Shown in pieces: positions 44,948 to 63,088 of a stretch of 64,000 nucleotides of DNA; position 1 is the first letter of the stretch; each line of letters opens with the position of its first letter. A program made the translations under genes and the position numbers. The notes beneath the pieces are model-generated. The model saw only the letters and a list, made by a program, of their open reading frames with translations, made no database searches and was not told where the DNA came from. Location of the stretch: assembly GCF_009914755.1 (NCBI RefSeq), contig NC_060941.1, one strand, 5' to 3'. The stretch comes from the human T2T-CHM13v2.0 reference genome, Homo sapiens.

Positions 44948-46550
44948 TGATCCACCCACTTCAGCCTCCCAAAGTGCTGGGATTACAGGCATGAGCCACT
45001 GCACCTGGCCTATTTTCGTTTTTACTAATGTTTAAAGAGACCCACTTTATGTACAGAATTCTGGCTACAACCTAACAAATGAGTTGCTCTGTTCATCCGT
45101 TATAGCCAATTTAAGTAATTATGAAAAGCTCAACAATACTTTAACTGGCAATGAAAGCATCAATATCTCACATTTACCACCACAACTTAGGATTTCTTGG
45201 TAGCTAAATAAAATGCTTCTATTTTGTGGGGGGAAACTGTCACATAAGTTGAAATTCTGCAATGTTCAATTGTTGAAAAGGTCTCTATGTTAAATCAAAG
45301 GTATAAATTCCACATCAGTAGTATATGAAAGAGAAAAAAAAAAGCCAAAATTAAAGTGATTCATGCCCACTTCCCTAATTGAACCTAAGATTTTACTAAC
45401 AGAGATGCCGTAACTTTGATCATGCACACATCAAACTTGAATTTAAAAACATGCATGCACTCACTCATCTTTTATCTCTTATGTAATTAATACTGTAAGA
45501 TTATATTTTGCCTACGTGCTCTATATTACTAATTTATAGGATTATTACTATTCAGTGTTGTTTACTTGAAACCATACTGTACTATACACAACTTTTGCAT
45601 TCCATGCTAACTTTATTTTTTTAATTAATTTTTTTTTATACAGAGTCTCACTCACTCTATTGGCCAGGCTGGAGTGCAGTGGCACGATCTTGGCTCCTGC
45701 AACCTCTGCCTCTCGGGTTCAAGTCATTCTCCTGCCTCAGCCTCCCAAGTAGTTGGTACCACAGGTACATGCCACCACACCCGGCTAATTTTTGTATTTT
45801 TGGTAGAGATGGGGTTTCACCATGTGGGCCAGGCTGGTCTCGAACTCCTGACCTCAAGGTTATAGACGTGAGCCACCATGTCCCAACTCCATGCTAACTT
45901 TAGAGCTTATTTCCCATCCCATAAGATACAACACTACTTGTGTTACATAGGGAGCAGTGTGGGGAAGAAAAGCATAGAATTAAGTTAGTGACAAATCCAG
46001 TGAACTCAAAAAGAGGGAAAAAAACACTCCCAAACAATTGTTTTCCCCATATTCTATTCTCCCTAGAGGTAGTCCATACAGGAATGACAAAAGAAAAAAA
46101 AGGATACAAAATGAGAAAGATGTTCATGTGACATATAAGTACAGTAATAAAATCAACAAGCATATATGATATTTAAGCAAAATAGTATGTATGCATTGAT
46201 GGTCATCTGATATAAATCCATCATTTCTGTTGGCCAACATCTAAAACCTTTACTTTTCTGAGGAGACAAGCTATAAATCTATACGGATATTTCTACAATG
46301 AGAATTCACTATTACATATGAACCAATATAATTTGATGTCAAATATTCACAATTAGGTTTAAAAAATCCCCTACTTGGCCGGGCGCGGTGGCTCATGCCT
46401 GTAATCCCAGCACTTGGGGAGGCCAAGGCGGGTGGATCATGAGGTCAAGAAATCAAGACCATCCTGGCCAACATGGTGAAGCCCTGTCTCTACTAAAAAT
46501 ACAAAAATTAACTGGGCGTGGTGGCAGGCGCCTGTAGTCCCAGCTACTCA

Positions 46551-46682
<132 letters not shown>

Positions 46683-47355
46683 CTACTTATGTTAAGAGTA
46701 CCAAAAATAGGGCCAGGAATGATGGCTCATGCCTATAATTTTGGCACTTTGGGAAGCCGAGGTGGGAAGATAGCTTGAGTCCAGGAGTAAAATAGTGAGA
46801 CTCTGTCTCTACAAAAAAATAAAAAATTAGCTGGATGTGGCACACACCTGTAGTCCAGGTACTCACGAGGCTGAAATGGGTGGATCACTTGAGCCTGGGA
46901 GGTCAAGGCTGTAGTGAACTGTGATCACACCACTACACTCTACACCCAGCCTGGGCTACAAGGTGAGACCCTGTCTCAAAAAAAAATAAATAAATAAAAG
47001 GTACCAAAAATCTATAGCTGTTTCAGGAATAAAATACATGTAGTTAGTGAGGTTTTTCTCTCCCACTGCTATGACTTAATTTTTGGTTGAGATGCTAAGC
47101 CAAACATCATTTTAAGTCTGTGGCCCAACCAAAAAAGGGAATCATACTCTCCAAAGAATTGTACATTCCCACTCTAATTGCTAAAATAAAATGTTGGATT
47201 ATGAAAATCAATTTTGTAGGTATCAATAAGTTATAAGAGCATGGCTTATTTAAAAAAAAAAAAGTGGGCCAGGTTACCTACATGAGCTGCAAAGCAAGCA
47301 AACTGAATTTTCTTATCGAAGAGCCCATCCTCATACTTAAAATTTCCCATGACTA

Positions 47356-47577
<222 letters not shown>

Positions 47578-48041
47578 TTAACTATAATAAAGTATTAGAA
47601 TAGTCTTAGCAGGCACTATTCTAATAGTGGAGAAATGCAAGTGGAAGAAAAAAATGCAAGTGGAAAGTACTGAGTCAAATTACATCTTCAAATCTTAAAC
47701 ATGCGCTAAAAAAGATTTTAGTATACTGTTATTCCTATTAAAAATGTGAATATATTGACTGGGCATGGTGGCTCACGCCTATAATCCCAGCACTTTGGGA
47801 GGCTGAGGCGGGCAGATCATGAGGTCAGGAGTTCAAGACCAGCCTGGCCAATAAAGCGAAACCCCGTCTCTACTAAAAATACAAAACATTAGCCGGGCAT
47901 GGTGGCAGGCGCCTGTAATCCTAGCTACTCGGGAGGCTGAGGCAGGAGAATTGCTTGAACCTGGGAGGCAGAGGTTGCGGCAAGCAGAGATTGTGCCACT
48001 GCACACCAGCCCAGGTGACAGTGCAAGAGTCTGTCTCAATT

Positions 48042-48054
<13 letters not shown>

Positions 48055-48107
<53 letters not shown>
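48055..48107 (+). repeat. (TA)n microsatellite at an Alu tail
   Basis: About 26 units seen directly. Confidence 0.95.
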
Positions 48108-48110
<3 letters not shown>

Positions 48111-49421
48111 GCTCAAAACAAGCTGGAAAAAATGTGAATATCAATTTCCCCTCTCACAAAGCTTCAGTGTGCCTAGTCCACTGGCTAAATCCCTGTTTAG
48201 AGATAATTAGTTCAGTTGGCTACTGCAGGTTTGTAATAAACCTGAAAAACTACTGAAGCAGAGTTAAAACATGAATAATACTGGCAAGATGCTCCAGTTA
48301 AAGTTTCTTCCCACAGCTCATTTCATTCCTTCAGAAAACTAAAGGAGCAAAAATAATTTTCTATTCTGCATGGGTTATAAGTTATATTTCCTTGTGAAAG
48401 TATAGTTATCACTTCAGTTCTAACCATGAGATTTATTTATTTAATTCCTTCTCTCTTTCCCAAAATATCTGGTTAAACTCTTGGGCCAAATGTAAGAAGT
48501 AAATAATAATTTAGAATATCTGACTTAATACTAAAAGATGATGACCACATTGACCTTATAATTCTCTCAGAGCCCAGACTGTGAACCTGCACTCCCTGGA
48601 GGAATGGCTGATTCCAAGTGTGGGGAAAATGTACAAGATAAGCATAGAACACCAGTTTCCTTATTTTGCTCTTTCGTACAACACCAGACAATGTGCTCAT
48701 GTCAAAAGGACTCAGAACCCAACATGAAGATGCACCCAGCATTCACTGCACCCAGCATTCAACGAAGGGAAAAAATAAGCACCAATAAAAATAACTGCTA
48801 GGTGCGGTGGCTCATGCCTATCATCCCAACACTTTGGGAGGCAGAGGCAGGTGGATTGCTTTTGAGCTCTGGATTTGAAGACCAGCCTGGTGAACACGGC
48901 AAAACCCCATCTCTACCAGAAACACAAAAATTAGCTGGGCATGGTGGTGTACCTGTGGTCCCAGCTACTCAAGAGGGTGAGGTGGGAGGATTGCTGGAGG
49001 TCGGGACGTCAAGCCTGCAGTGGGCAGCGATTATACCACTGCACTACAGCTTGGGTGACAGAGTAAGACCCTGCCTCAAAACAATAAATGAATAAATAAA
49101 AATAAAATAAAAATAACTGCAATGAAATGAAACACAAATGTGTTAAAACGTGTAAGTTCATAATATACTAAAAAAGAAAAAAACACACACACACAAAGTT
49201 CATTGGTCAATTCTGGAAGATGCTAGGGAACTAATTCATTATTTTGAAAACTAGGAAAGAATCAAACATACATCCTGCCTTTCCTGTATGAACTGTACCT
49301 TGGGTAACTAACTGATCAAAGAGTTTCTCTTTATGAAAGAATTCCAGCTAACAAAGAAAGAAGAAGTAACAGTTAGAATAAAACCATTTCACAAACACCT
49401 GATGAAACTATAAAAGTAGGC

Positions 49422-49600
49422 TAGAGTTTCTCAACCTCAGGGCTACTGACATTTTAGGCCTATTAATACTTTGCGTTAGGGGGCTGTGCTGTGCTGACTC
49501 TTACCCCTGAAGGTACCTATAGCATTCCCTCCCCCAACCTGTGACAATCAGTGTGTCTCCAGACATTGCCAAATTACCCTGGTAGTGAAATGCTGACACA
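49422..49600. mobile_element. MER20 hAT-Charlie element
   Basis: gtttctcaacctc..ggctactgacatttt...gtctccagacattgccaaat. Confidence 0.8.
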
Positions 49601-50475
49601 GGCAGTGACCACTAACATAACTAAAAAAACACACATACACACACACAAGTACACATTATGCCTCCTGATCAAAGCATATGCGATACTGAGAGTGTAATCT
49701 GAATCAGATCAACCACCTAAATTTAAATACCAGTTTTTGGAAATTTGGGGAACAGATGAACATGGTCAATGAAACTCTGGGGATAATATCAGCAAAATCA
49801 AAATTTGAGAATTCTACAGGACAAATGACCCCGTTTCTTCAATAAATCACGAGGGGAATCTATAAATGAAAAGAGACCTAAGAGACATAGTAACCAAACT
49901 ACATACAGACCTTGATTAAATCCTTACAAACAGGAGAAAAAAAAAAGAATGGAACAACAACAACAAAAAAATTAGGTGGGGCAACACAGGGAGACCTCAT
50001 CTCTAGAAAAATTCAAAAAATTGGATGTGGTGATGCACCCCTGTGGTCCCAGCTATATGGGAGGATCCCTTGAGCCTGGGAAGCTGAGGCTGCCATGAGC
50101 CACTATCATGCCACTGCACTCCAGCCTGGGCAACAGAGATAAGACCCTATCTCAAAAAAAAAAAGAGAAAAAAAAAAAAACCTGGGGAAACTGTCAACTT
50201 CTTAGGTGTGATGATGGGATGACAGTTATGTTTAAAGAAGATGATCTAATTATTTTTAAGCTGGGCAGTAGGTGTATGACAGTTCTCCTCCTTACAATTG
50301 TTTGTTGTTTTTTAAAGTGGGTCACATTATGCTCCATGACCAAAAAATAATCATCATCACCATCCTCCTCCTTCTCCACCTACAGCCCAAGGAATGGAAA
50401 AAGAAACTGTGTTTTCTCAGATTCTGAGGTGGCAGAAAGACAATAGCACACTAACTCATTTACTCATAAACATAT

Positions 50476-50951
50476 TGTTATGGATTGAATCGTGTCCCTT
50501 ACCCACCCCCCAGAAAATTTCGTATGTTGAAACTCTAACCTCTAGTTCCTCAGAATGTGACCTTATTTGGAAAGGGTTATTGCAGATGTAATTAGTGAAG
50601 ATGAGGTCCTACTGGAGTAGAGAGGAACCCTAATCCAATATGCCTGGTATCCTTATAAAAAGGGGAAATTTGTCCACAGATATGCACACAGGTAGAACAC
50701 CATGTGAACATGAAGGCAGAGATCCAGGTGATGCACCTACAAGCCAAAGTATGCCAAAGATGACCAGCAAACCACCAGAAGCCAGGGGAGAGGCATGGAA
50801 CATAAGGTTTCTCACAGTTGTCGAAGAAACCAACTCTAACAACGTGATCTAGAACTTCTAGTCTCCAGATCTATGAGATAATAAATTTCTGTTGTCTAAG
50901 CCACCCAGTTTGTGGTACTTTGTTGCAGCAAGCCTAGCAAACTAATGCACA
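50476..50951 (+). mobile_element. MLT1B/C solo LTR with TSD catat
   Basis: tgttatggattgaatcgtgtccc...aataaatttctgttgtctaagccacccagtttgtggtactttg. Confidence 0.88.
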
Positions 50952-51100
50952 CATATTCTATATTTTGAAGAAAAAATTCCCAGAGAATCATATTTAAAAT
51001 GGTTAAATTAAGCAAAATAAAACAAACCAAAAAAAGAAAAGTCCCAACCACCTGAAATATTTAATTGTTTTAGGAAACTGACTTAAAAATATCTAATACA

Positions 51101-51400
51101 GGCCGGGCGCGGTGGCTCACGCCTGTAATCCCAGCACTTTGGGAGGCCGAGGCGAGCGGATCACGAGGTCAGGAGATCGAGGCCATCCTGGCTAACACGG
51201 TGAAACCCTGTCTCTACTAAAAATACAAAACATTAGCCGGGCGTGGTGGCGGGCGCCTGTAGTCCCAGCTACTCAGGAGGCTGACGCAGGAGAATGGCGT
51301 GAACCCGGGAGGCGGAGCTTGCAGTTTGCCGAGATTGCGCCACTGCACTCCAGCCTGGGCGACAGAGCCAGACTCTGTCTCAAAAAAAAAAAAAAAAAAA
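51101..51400 (+). mobile_element. AluY
   Basis: AluY diagnostics (gagatcgag, ctggctaacacgg, gaatggcgtgaacc, gagcttgcag); TSD atctaataca. Confidence 0.92.
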
Positions 51401-51438
51401 ATCTAATACAGTCAATTGCCACTGGCTTTAGTTCTTTA

Positions 51439-51663
<225 letters not shown>

Positions 51664-51767
51664 TCACCTGAATCTGGGGAGGTCAAGGCTGCACTGAACT
51701 GTGATCGTGCTACTGCACTCCTTCCTGAGTGACAGAGTGAGACCTCGTCTCAAAATAAAATGAACAG

Positions 51768-52481
<714 letters not shown>

Positions 52482-52713
52482 GAGATTTTTCTTATTCTAA
52501 AAAAAATCTCAAGCGATCTTCCTGCCTCAGCCTCGCAAGTAGCTGGGACTTACAGGCACAAGCCACCACACCCAACTAACTTTTAAATGTTTTGTAGAGA
52601 TGGAGTCTTGTTACGTTGCCTATGCTGGTCTTGAACTCCTGGCTTCAAACAATCCTCCCACCTCGGCCCTTTAAAGTTTGGGGATTACAGGCGTGAGCCA
52701 CTGCACCCAATTA

Positions 52714-52812
<99 letters not shown>

Positions 52813-52997
52813 CTAGGGAAAAAAAGCAGAAAGAAAAGTTGAGGGGAATAGGCTTTGCTGGATTGATAAATTAATCACCTTTTTGAAGTTACAAGTCAAA
52901 AAATAAGCTAAACTTATAAGCAACTACATATAACCCTCAGAAATACATAAAACTAGCATTATCTTCCCCACAAAACACCAAAGATGCCAATCTCTAC

Positions 52998-53057
52998 TTG
53001 AACTTCTCCAGCGTCCCCAGGACCAGCTCACAGAGAAGCAGCATTTCTTTTCAGCAG
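52998..53057 (-). pseudogene. RPS6KB1: RPS6KB1-like exon 11 (60 nt) with codon deletion and premature stop
   Basis: [19 protein letters not shown] versus recalled parent [21 protein letters not shown]; TGA at 53028-53030. Confidence 0.93.
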
Positions 53058-53081
53058 CTTTAAAGAGGATAAAGAACCTTA

Positions 53082-53803
<722 letters not shown>

Positions 53804-53922
53804 TTAAACAAATCTGTACCTTGCCTTCAAAATTTAAAGACTTTTTTGTTCAATATATATTATTCAAAATACACATTAAATTCTATCTAGTTAAATCCTA
53901 GACATTGAATCTTACAGTGTCA

Positions 53923-54078
<156 letters not shown>

Positions 54079-54721
54079 TTAGCAGGGAGTGAAAAATATT
54101 AGTATATATGAAACAAATTTTAAATAACAATATCCATTTCCTGAATTAGTTATGCATGGAGATCAGAAATGTATGCTGTGAAATGGGCTAACTGCTAAAG
54201 ACCTTTATTTTGTTTTAGAGACAGGGTCTCGCTATGTTGTCAAGGCTAGATTCTACTAATAATCCTTAGCTCAAATGATCCTCCCACCTCAGCCTCCTGA
54301 GTAGCTTGGGCTACATGCATGCACCCTGGTGCCTGGCAGATGTGCAGTTTTTAAGCAGCAGGACAGGGGAAGTAGCAGTGTTCTGGAAGGAAGCCTGTGT
54401 TTTCCACCATTAACTTGCTGTGTGATAATAAGTGAGCTATGTGATTTTATGCTTCAATTTCTCCATTTATAAAATAAGGGCATTATCTGTTCAACATCTA
54501 TTTCACAGGACTGCCATGACATAGATCATTTAAATGAAAATGTTTCGGAAAGTATGGGATCCCATATAATCATACAGCATTATTAGTGTTAAACTGCTAA
54601 TAACGAATCTTTGGGCTTTGAAAACTCCATTGGCAACATTTTCACAAAGCACAGGACAGGTCTCTCGCTACAGTGACTCAGCACAGACCATAATACATGC
54701 AGCTTTTAACCGTGCACCTAC

Positions 54722-54812
54722 TGCTCCAGTCAGCATGTCATACATTAATGCTCCCAAACTCCATCAATCCACAGCACGATTGTGGCCACTTCTCATCAAG
54801 ATTTCAGGGGCC
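54722..54812 (-). pseudogene. RPS6KB1: RPS6KB1-like exon 9 (91 nt) with premature stop
   Basis: [29 protein letters not shown]; TGG>TGA at 54764-54766 in the DWWS motif. Confidence 0.95.
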
Positions 54813-54980
54813 CTACAATAAGGAAAGTAATATGCTTAAAAATGCACCCATTTGCATATCATCTGAATTAGAATTAAAAAAAATACAGAGTCAATTAGGC
54901 TACAGAAAACAGATACTATTCCTTAAAACAGGTAAAATTAGCTATTACCCCCAAACCAGTTATGTTTAACATGCAGCTCA

Positions 54981-55085
<105 letters not shown>

Positions 55086-57456
55086 TTACAGCATGATTAT
55101 TCTCAGAATTCCAAGTATGTGCAGTGTTTGAACATGTCATATAACACCTTAGTCTATCCTTCCATTTAACTTTTCTTGCCTCAAACATAATCTCTCTAGT
55201 AAAGAGAAAATAAAGATAGAGAAAAAAGTGAAATAACCTGTTTAAGGCTCTAGCTTTAAGTATACACAGAATCCTTGACCATCCTGAAAAAGAAAAATCC
55301 TGTTTTATGAAGACAGGATTTTCATAAAACTGTTTTATGAAGTCTAGTTTAAGTACACAGATCCTAATAAACATATTCTGTACCTTTTAAACAAAGGTGT
55401 GAGACAGCACTTCAAATATATAGCTTTTATCACAGTGAACTGTGAAGAGTTCTTAAAATGGTCTCAGAAAGTCACTGTAATAAGGTAGCTCATTCTACCC
55501 AATGCTACTAATTCGGGGAAAGAAATAAAATTGCTAGATAGTATGAATCAATCATCGCTGATCCAGAAAGTAAAAAACTTACCACCTTATACAAAGATCA
55601 TTTCAGTTCAAGTTTAGCTTCCTTTACTGGACTGTCATAACAAGTGGTTCAACAACCTCAGGGACTCTAGTATTTGAGGTTCATTTCACAGAAAAGGCAC
55701 AATGACCTATTGATTCAAATGTAAACATATGCTACACTCTGATACAGAAGAAGAATGGCCTTTATTTTCACAGAACCATCTGATACACTCAACCTTATAA
55801 ATCAAAGAAGAAGTTAACTATTCTATCGCTCCCCTATTCTATCCTGTGACTTAGAATTTAGATCAGAATCCAGATTTTGTGGAGTGAGGAGGTGTTGATG
55901 AGAGGAAGGAAGAGACACTGATTCCCATGATATATTCAGTTAAGTATATCATTTCTCCTTAAAAAAAAAAAAGGTAGGTGGAGGAGTATAATCTGGAATG
56001 TTTATATGAGCTTCGGTTGTTCATACATCATTTTTTAAGAGTTTGAAACAATTAACTACCTCATGGATTACTCTGTAGGCATCTAATGATTAACAGCTGC
56101 TACCACCTTCTAGATACCCTGGGTCAGCTGGTTGCTCCTTTGGGGTATGAGCGAATTGCCAAGTCTACCCACAGCCCAGATTAGCATAAATTGAGCTGTC
56201 TGTAGCAGCATGCAGTTGTAGTCAAGGCTCACTGAGCTATATCTATAGTTGTATAGATTATCAGTCTCTCTGATGTTTATGTTTGTTGTTGCAAACAAAC
56301 AGCAAGAATAAACTGATTCTGGCAGTGGGGGAGGTGGGTTATGCCTATAATACCAGCAATTTGGGAAGCCAAGTCAGGTAGATCAACTGAGCTCAGGAGT
56401 TTGAGACCACCCTGGGCAACATGATGAAACCCCATTTCTACAAAAAATACCAAAAATTAGCCAGGCGTGGTGGTGTGCCACAGTGGCCCCAGCTACTTGA
56501 GGGGCTGGGGTGGGAGGATCACTTGAGCCTGAGAGGCGGAGGTTGCAGTGAGCTGCAATCATGCCACTGTATTCCAGCCTGATGACAGAGTGAGACCCCC
56601 ATTTCAAAAAAAAAAAAAGAGTAACCCGACGCGTACTAAACATCATATTCCCAAAGTTTTATCAAATACTTTGGTTCAATTTCAATCCTTTTTCCAGCAT
56701 TAATAAAACCTACTGTAAGAAGCATAGCTTCTAAAATATACATATTTTCTTTTTCTTTTTCTTTTTCTTTTTTTTTTTTTTTTTTGAGACGGAGTCTCGC
56801 TGTGTCGCACAGGCTGGAGTACAATGTCGCGATCTTGGCTCACTGCAACTTTCGCCTCCTGGGTTCAGGCGATTCTCCCACCTCAGCCTCCTGAATAGCT
56901 GGGATTACAGGCACCCACCATCATGCCCAGCTAATTTTTTTTTTTTGTATTTTTGTAGAGATGGGGTTTCACCATGTTGGCCAGGCGTCTTCAACTCCTG
57001 ACCTCAGGTGATCCACCCACCTTAGCCTCCCAAGTGCTGGGATTACAGGTGTCAGCCACTGCGCCCAGCCAATATTTACATATTTTCATTATTAAAACTC
57101 AACTTATATAATTGAGATTCACTTTTCAATTTAAGTAACAAGCCAAAATTAATGTTTAGACTGGCTTTTACAGTCTAAAACATTATACAACATTTGATGT
57201 AAGGATTCCAAAAACATGAAAAACTATAAAGAGTAAGGATTAAACTAAAAAAGGCAGTTGAGTGACTATTATCCTCAACTTCTTTTACTCTCACCAAGCG
57301 TAATTAACTGAAGACTTAAAATATCAGCAAGTACTATGATGCCATGAATTCTGAGGGAGGAAATATACAAAATAGAGAGATGAGTATGGGGCTTTGAAAA
57401 TGGCCATGACCTATGTGGGAGGATTTTAAGATGATTATTTACTATAGAATTGTTTA

Positions 57457-57588
<132 letters not shown>

Positions 57589-58140
57589 TTAATAAAATTA
57601 AAAAGAGTGTAATCTATCCAAAGCAGTTTATGTATGGAGCAAAATTCCTGGAAAGAAACAGACATGCACCAAACACCAAATTAGTGGGGTAGGGGGATGT
57701 ATGGGAAAAAGAGATGGCATAGGATGCTGCCAAAAGGCATGGGGACATTTATGTTTCACTCATTTTAGTGAAACTATAAAGTGCTTTATTTTGCCATTAG
57801 AATATACTGCTAAAATTGCAAAGATGTCCAGAATATGCTAAACTGCCATTGGTCATGTTTTGTTCTGTCTGTGTAGGAATTAAGCTAATAGCCATTCATT
57901 TCAAGCAAATTTCTCCCATCCACACCCAACTTTAAAATCCCATAGGAAATAGGAACTTTGTTATTCTCAGAGATCACGTCTTGATTTCAAAAGGTATCTT
58001 ATAACCTGACCCTTAGAAGCCCACTCATCCTTTACTTAATACAGCTACGGATTTATAGACAGCTCAGGCCCACAGTATCTGCCCTCCCTCCTGCCAGCCA
58101 GCCCACAACTATAAACTGTGTGACACTCAAATTTATCTAC

Positions 58141-58391
58141 CTCAAAAGAATAAAGGGCTGAATCAACCGTCTGGATTCGAAAAGCACAAGGCACTGCAAT
58201 ACTGGCTGCATAACAACGTTGCAATCCTGCAGATTACTCCAGGATGGAGAGGGTGTGTCCTAGAGGACTGAGGCAGTTTCACAGCCGGCACGACCACAAA
58301 CACAGCCTCCAACACGGCTCAGTGAGCCTCCTCCAAAAAAGGGCACTTCATCCCTAAGGCTCTTAAATGCAGCTTCTGTGTTAGAAAAGGC
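58141..58391 (-). pseudogene. RPS6KB1: RPS6KB1-like alternative exon 6c
   Basis: aatttcag|GCCTTTTC... Spliced to exon 6 it gives the 24-aa tail WPFLTQKLHLRALGMKCPFLEEAH* (TGA 58319-58321), matching the recalled h6C tail length. 3' end uncertain (donor after 58168 or 58141). Confidence 0.7.
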
Positions 58392-58625
58392 CTGAAATTA
58401 AACAATGGAATACAGTTTTGGTAATTAAGGTAAAAAAAAATTTAAGTGTTGTTTTCTATTAAATTAATGTGTAGGATAAACTGATTTATTGTGACCCAAT
58501 ATTGTTGCTTCACAAAAGGATGTGCATATTTTTAATCTGAAGCAGATAACATGTTTAGAAATAGGAGGGTAAATCCCATCCTGACTATATAATCAATCCA
58601 CAGATGATATGACCAGGCTTATCAC

Positions 58626-58654
58626 CTCCCTAAGACTGCACCTTGAGAAATAGC
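58626..58654 (-). pseudogene. Probable RPS6KB1-like alternative exon 6b (29 nt)
   Basis: Strong poly-T acceptor tttttttag|GCTATTTC...GGGAG|gtgata, lying between 6a and 6c. Confidence 0.45.
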
Positions 58655-58752
58655 CTAAAAAAAAAGGGATGATTTCTGATCATTTCCATTGTTCCACACA
58701 TAAAGGTTCACTGGGAAACCACACTCACCCACAGCCAAGGCAGGCAGCTTAC

Positions 58753-58827
58753 CAATTCAAGGAAAGAAAGCCGCAATGAGAATGCTTCTGTTAGGAACAA
58801 CTGGTGTGAAGAGCGTTCCACTCAAGC
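58753..58827 (-). pseudogene. RPS6KB1: RPS6KB1-like alternative exon 6a
   Basis: ttgccttag|GCTTGAG...GAATTG|gtaagc, with a second donor gtgagt after 58729. Spliced to exon 6 it gives the 12-aa tail WLEWNALHTSCS*, matching the recalled tail length of the h6A isoform. Confidence 0.7.
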
Positions 58828-59003
58828 CTAAGGCAAAGGAATGATGTGACCTCCATAGCTGCCCAGTCCCAAAACTGCTTCTCCCCCTTGAGGTCCTGAG
58901 TCAGTGACAGGCTCCAGATCAATTTACTGAATCATGTGGCTGCCCGCAGTGGGAATGGGGCTTTGCTTGTAATTACCTGAATCTATGCAAAAAGTTCACT
59001 TAC

Positions 59004-59061
59004 CAGGCAGTGTCTTCCATAAATATTCCCTCTCTTTCTAACTGCATAAATAGTTCTCCTC
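59004..59061 (-). pseudogene. RPS6KB1: RPS6KB1-like exon 6 (58 nt)
   Basis: acag|GAGGAG...GCCTG|gtaagt; GGELFMQLEREGIFMEDTA(C). Confidence 0.95.
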
Positions 59062-59101
59062 CTGTAAAGAAAAAGAAAAAATGTTAGAAATAAAACAGTA
59101 T

Positions 59102-59444
<343 letters not shown>

Positions 59445-59859
59445 CTAATGAGAGAGTTTGTGCTTTCCTTCTAACCATAATTAAAAGACATCGGCCCCTT
59501 AAAAATGAAAAACAAATCCTAAAAATTATAGGTTTTAAAACTAAGTCCTCAGGATTCTATTTTTAGTAGCATTCTTATTCTTCTGTAACACACATATGTT
59601 TAAAAACTAGAACTGGCTTGGAATTCCAGGTTTTATATCTATAAACTTTGAAATATTTGTAGATTCCAGACGTGAGGTTAAAAAAAAAACTTGATTAAAG
59701 ACTCTTTAACATTTTACCCATAGGTAGAAAAATGATAGTCTACAATTAAATCACCCTCACTAATTTTAGTGAATGTTCGTATTTCGTATTTTCAGAACCC
59801 TTAAATAAACAGAATGAACCTGGCAGTGTCCTAGTAAAAAACATGGCACAATTTGAGTA

Positions 59860-61710
<1,851 letters not shown>

Positions 61711-61800
61711 AGTTTTTCTGGGCGGGCACGGTGGCTCACACCTGTAATCCCAGCACTCTGGAAGGCCAAGGCGGGCAGATCACCTGAGGTCAGGAGTTCA

Positions 61801-62163
<363 letters not shown>

Positions 62164-62839
62164 TTACACCTGTAATCCCAGCACCTTGGGAGTCTGAGTC
62201 AGGTAGATCACTTGAGATCAGGAGTTCGAGATCAGCCTGACCAACATGGCGAAACCCCATCTTTACTAAAAATACAAAAATCAGCCGGGTATGCCTGTAA
62301 TCCCAGCTACTCAGGAGGCTGAGGCAGGAGAATCGCTTGAACCCCAGGAGGCAGAGGTTGCAGTGACCCAAGATCACACCATTGCACTCCAGCCTGTGCG
62401 ACAAGAGCAAAACTCCATCTAAAAAAAAAAAAAAGAAATAGATACCTGTGATCTAGAAATGATATGGAATCAACAAGTTCCTACGAGGTGGTAGGCCCTG
62501 GCAAATGTGGATGATTTCCATTATAAGCTACATACTCCATCACTAAGGCTACATTAAACTAAAAACTCTTGTTTAAAGACTCAATTCCAAAAATAGTCAG
62601 TATGTTAAATAATCCTCCCAATTATTTAAATTACAGTATCTTACCCCAGTACAATTTGATGGCTCCGCATCACTTAGGTATTTGTTTTTCTGTTAAGTGA
62701 CTGATTATAAAAGAATTAAAATACAATTTTATAGATGAGGGAAGCAAATCTTTAGTTTCCACCGTATTTGTCTGCCAGTAGAAACATTTGGTCACATCTG
62801 AATTTTGTACTTCAGTGTACTCATCAATTTTAAGCACTA

Positions 62840-63088
<249 letters not shown>

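Noticed and set aside
45047-45203. Two further small minus-strand exon-like segments (26 nt each)
   Set aside because: Not multiples of 3 and the donors are ambiguous; not counted as evidence.
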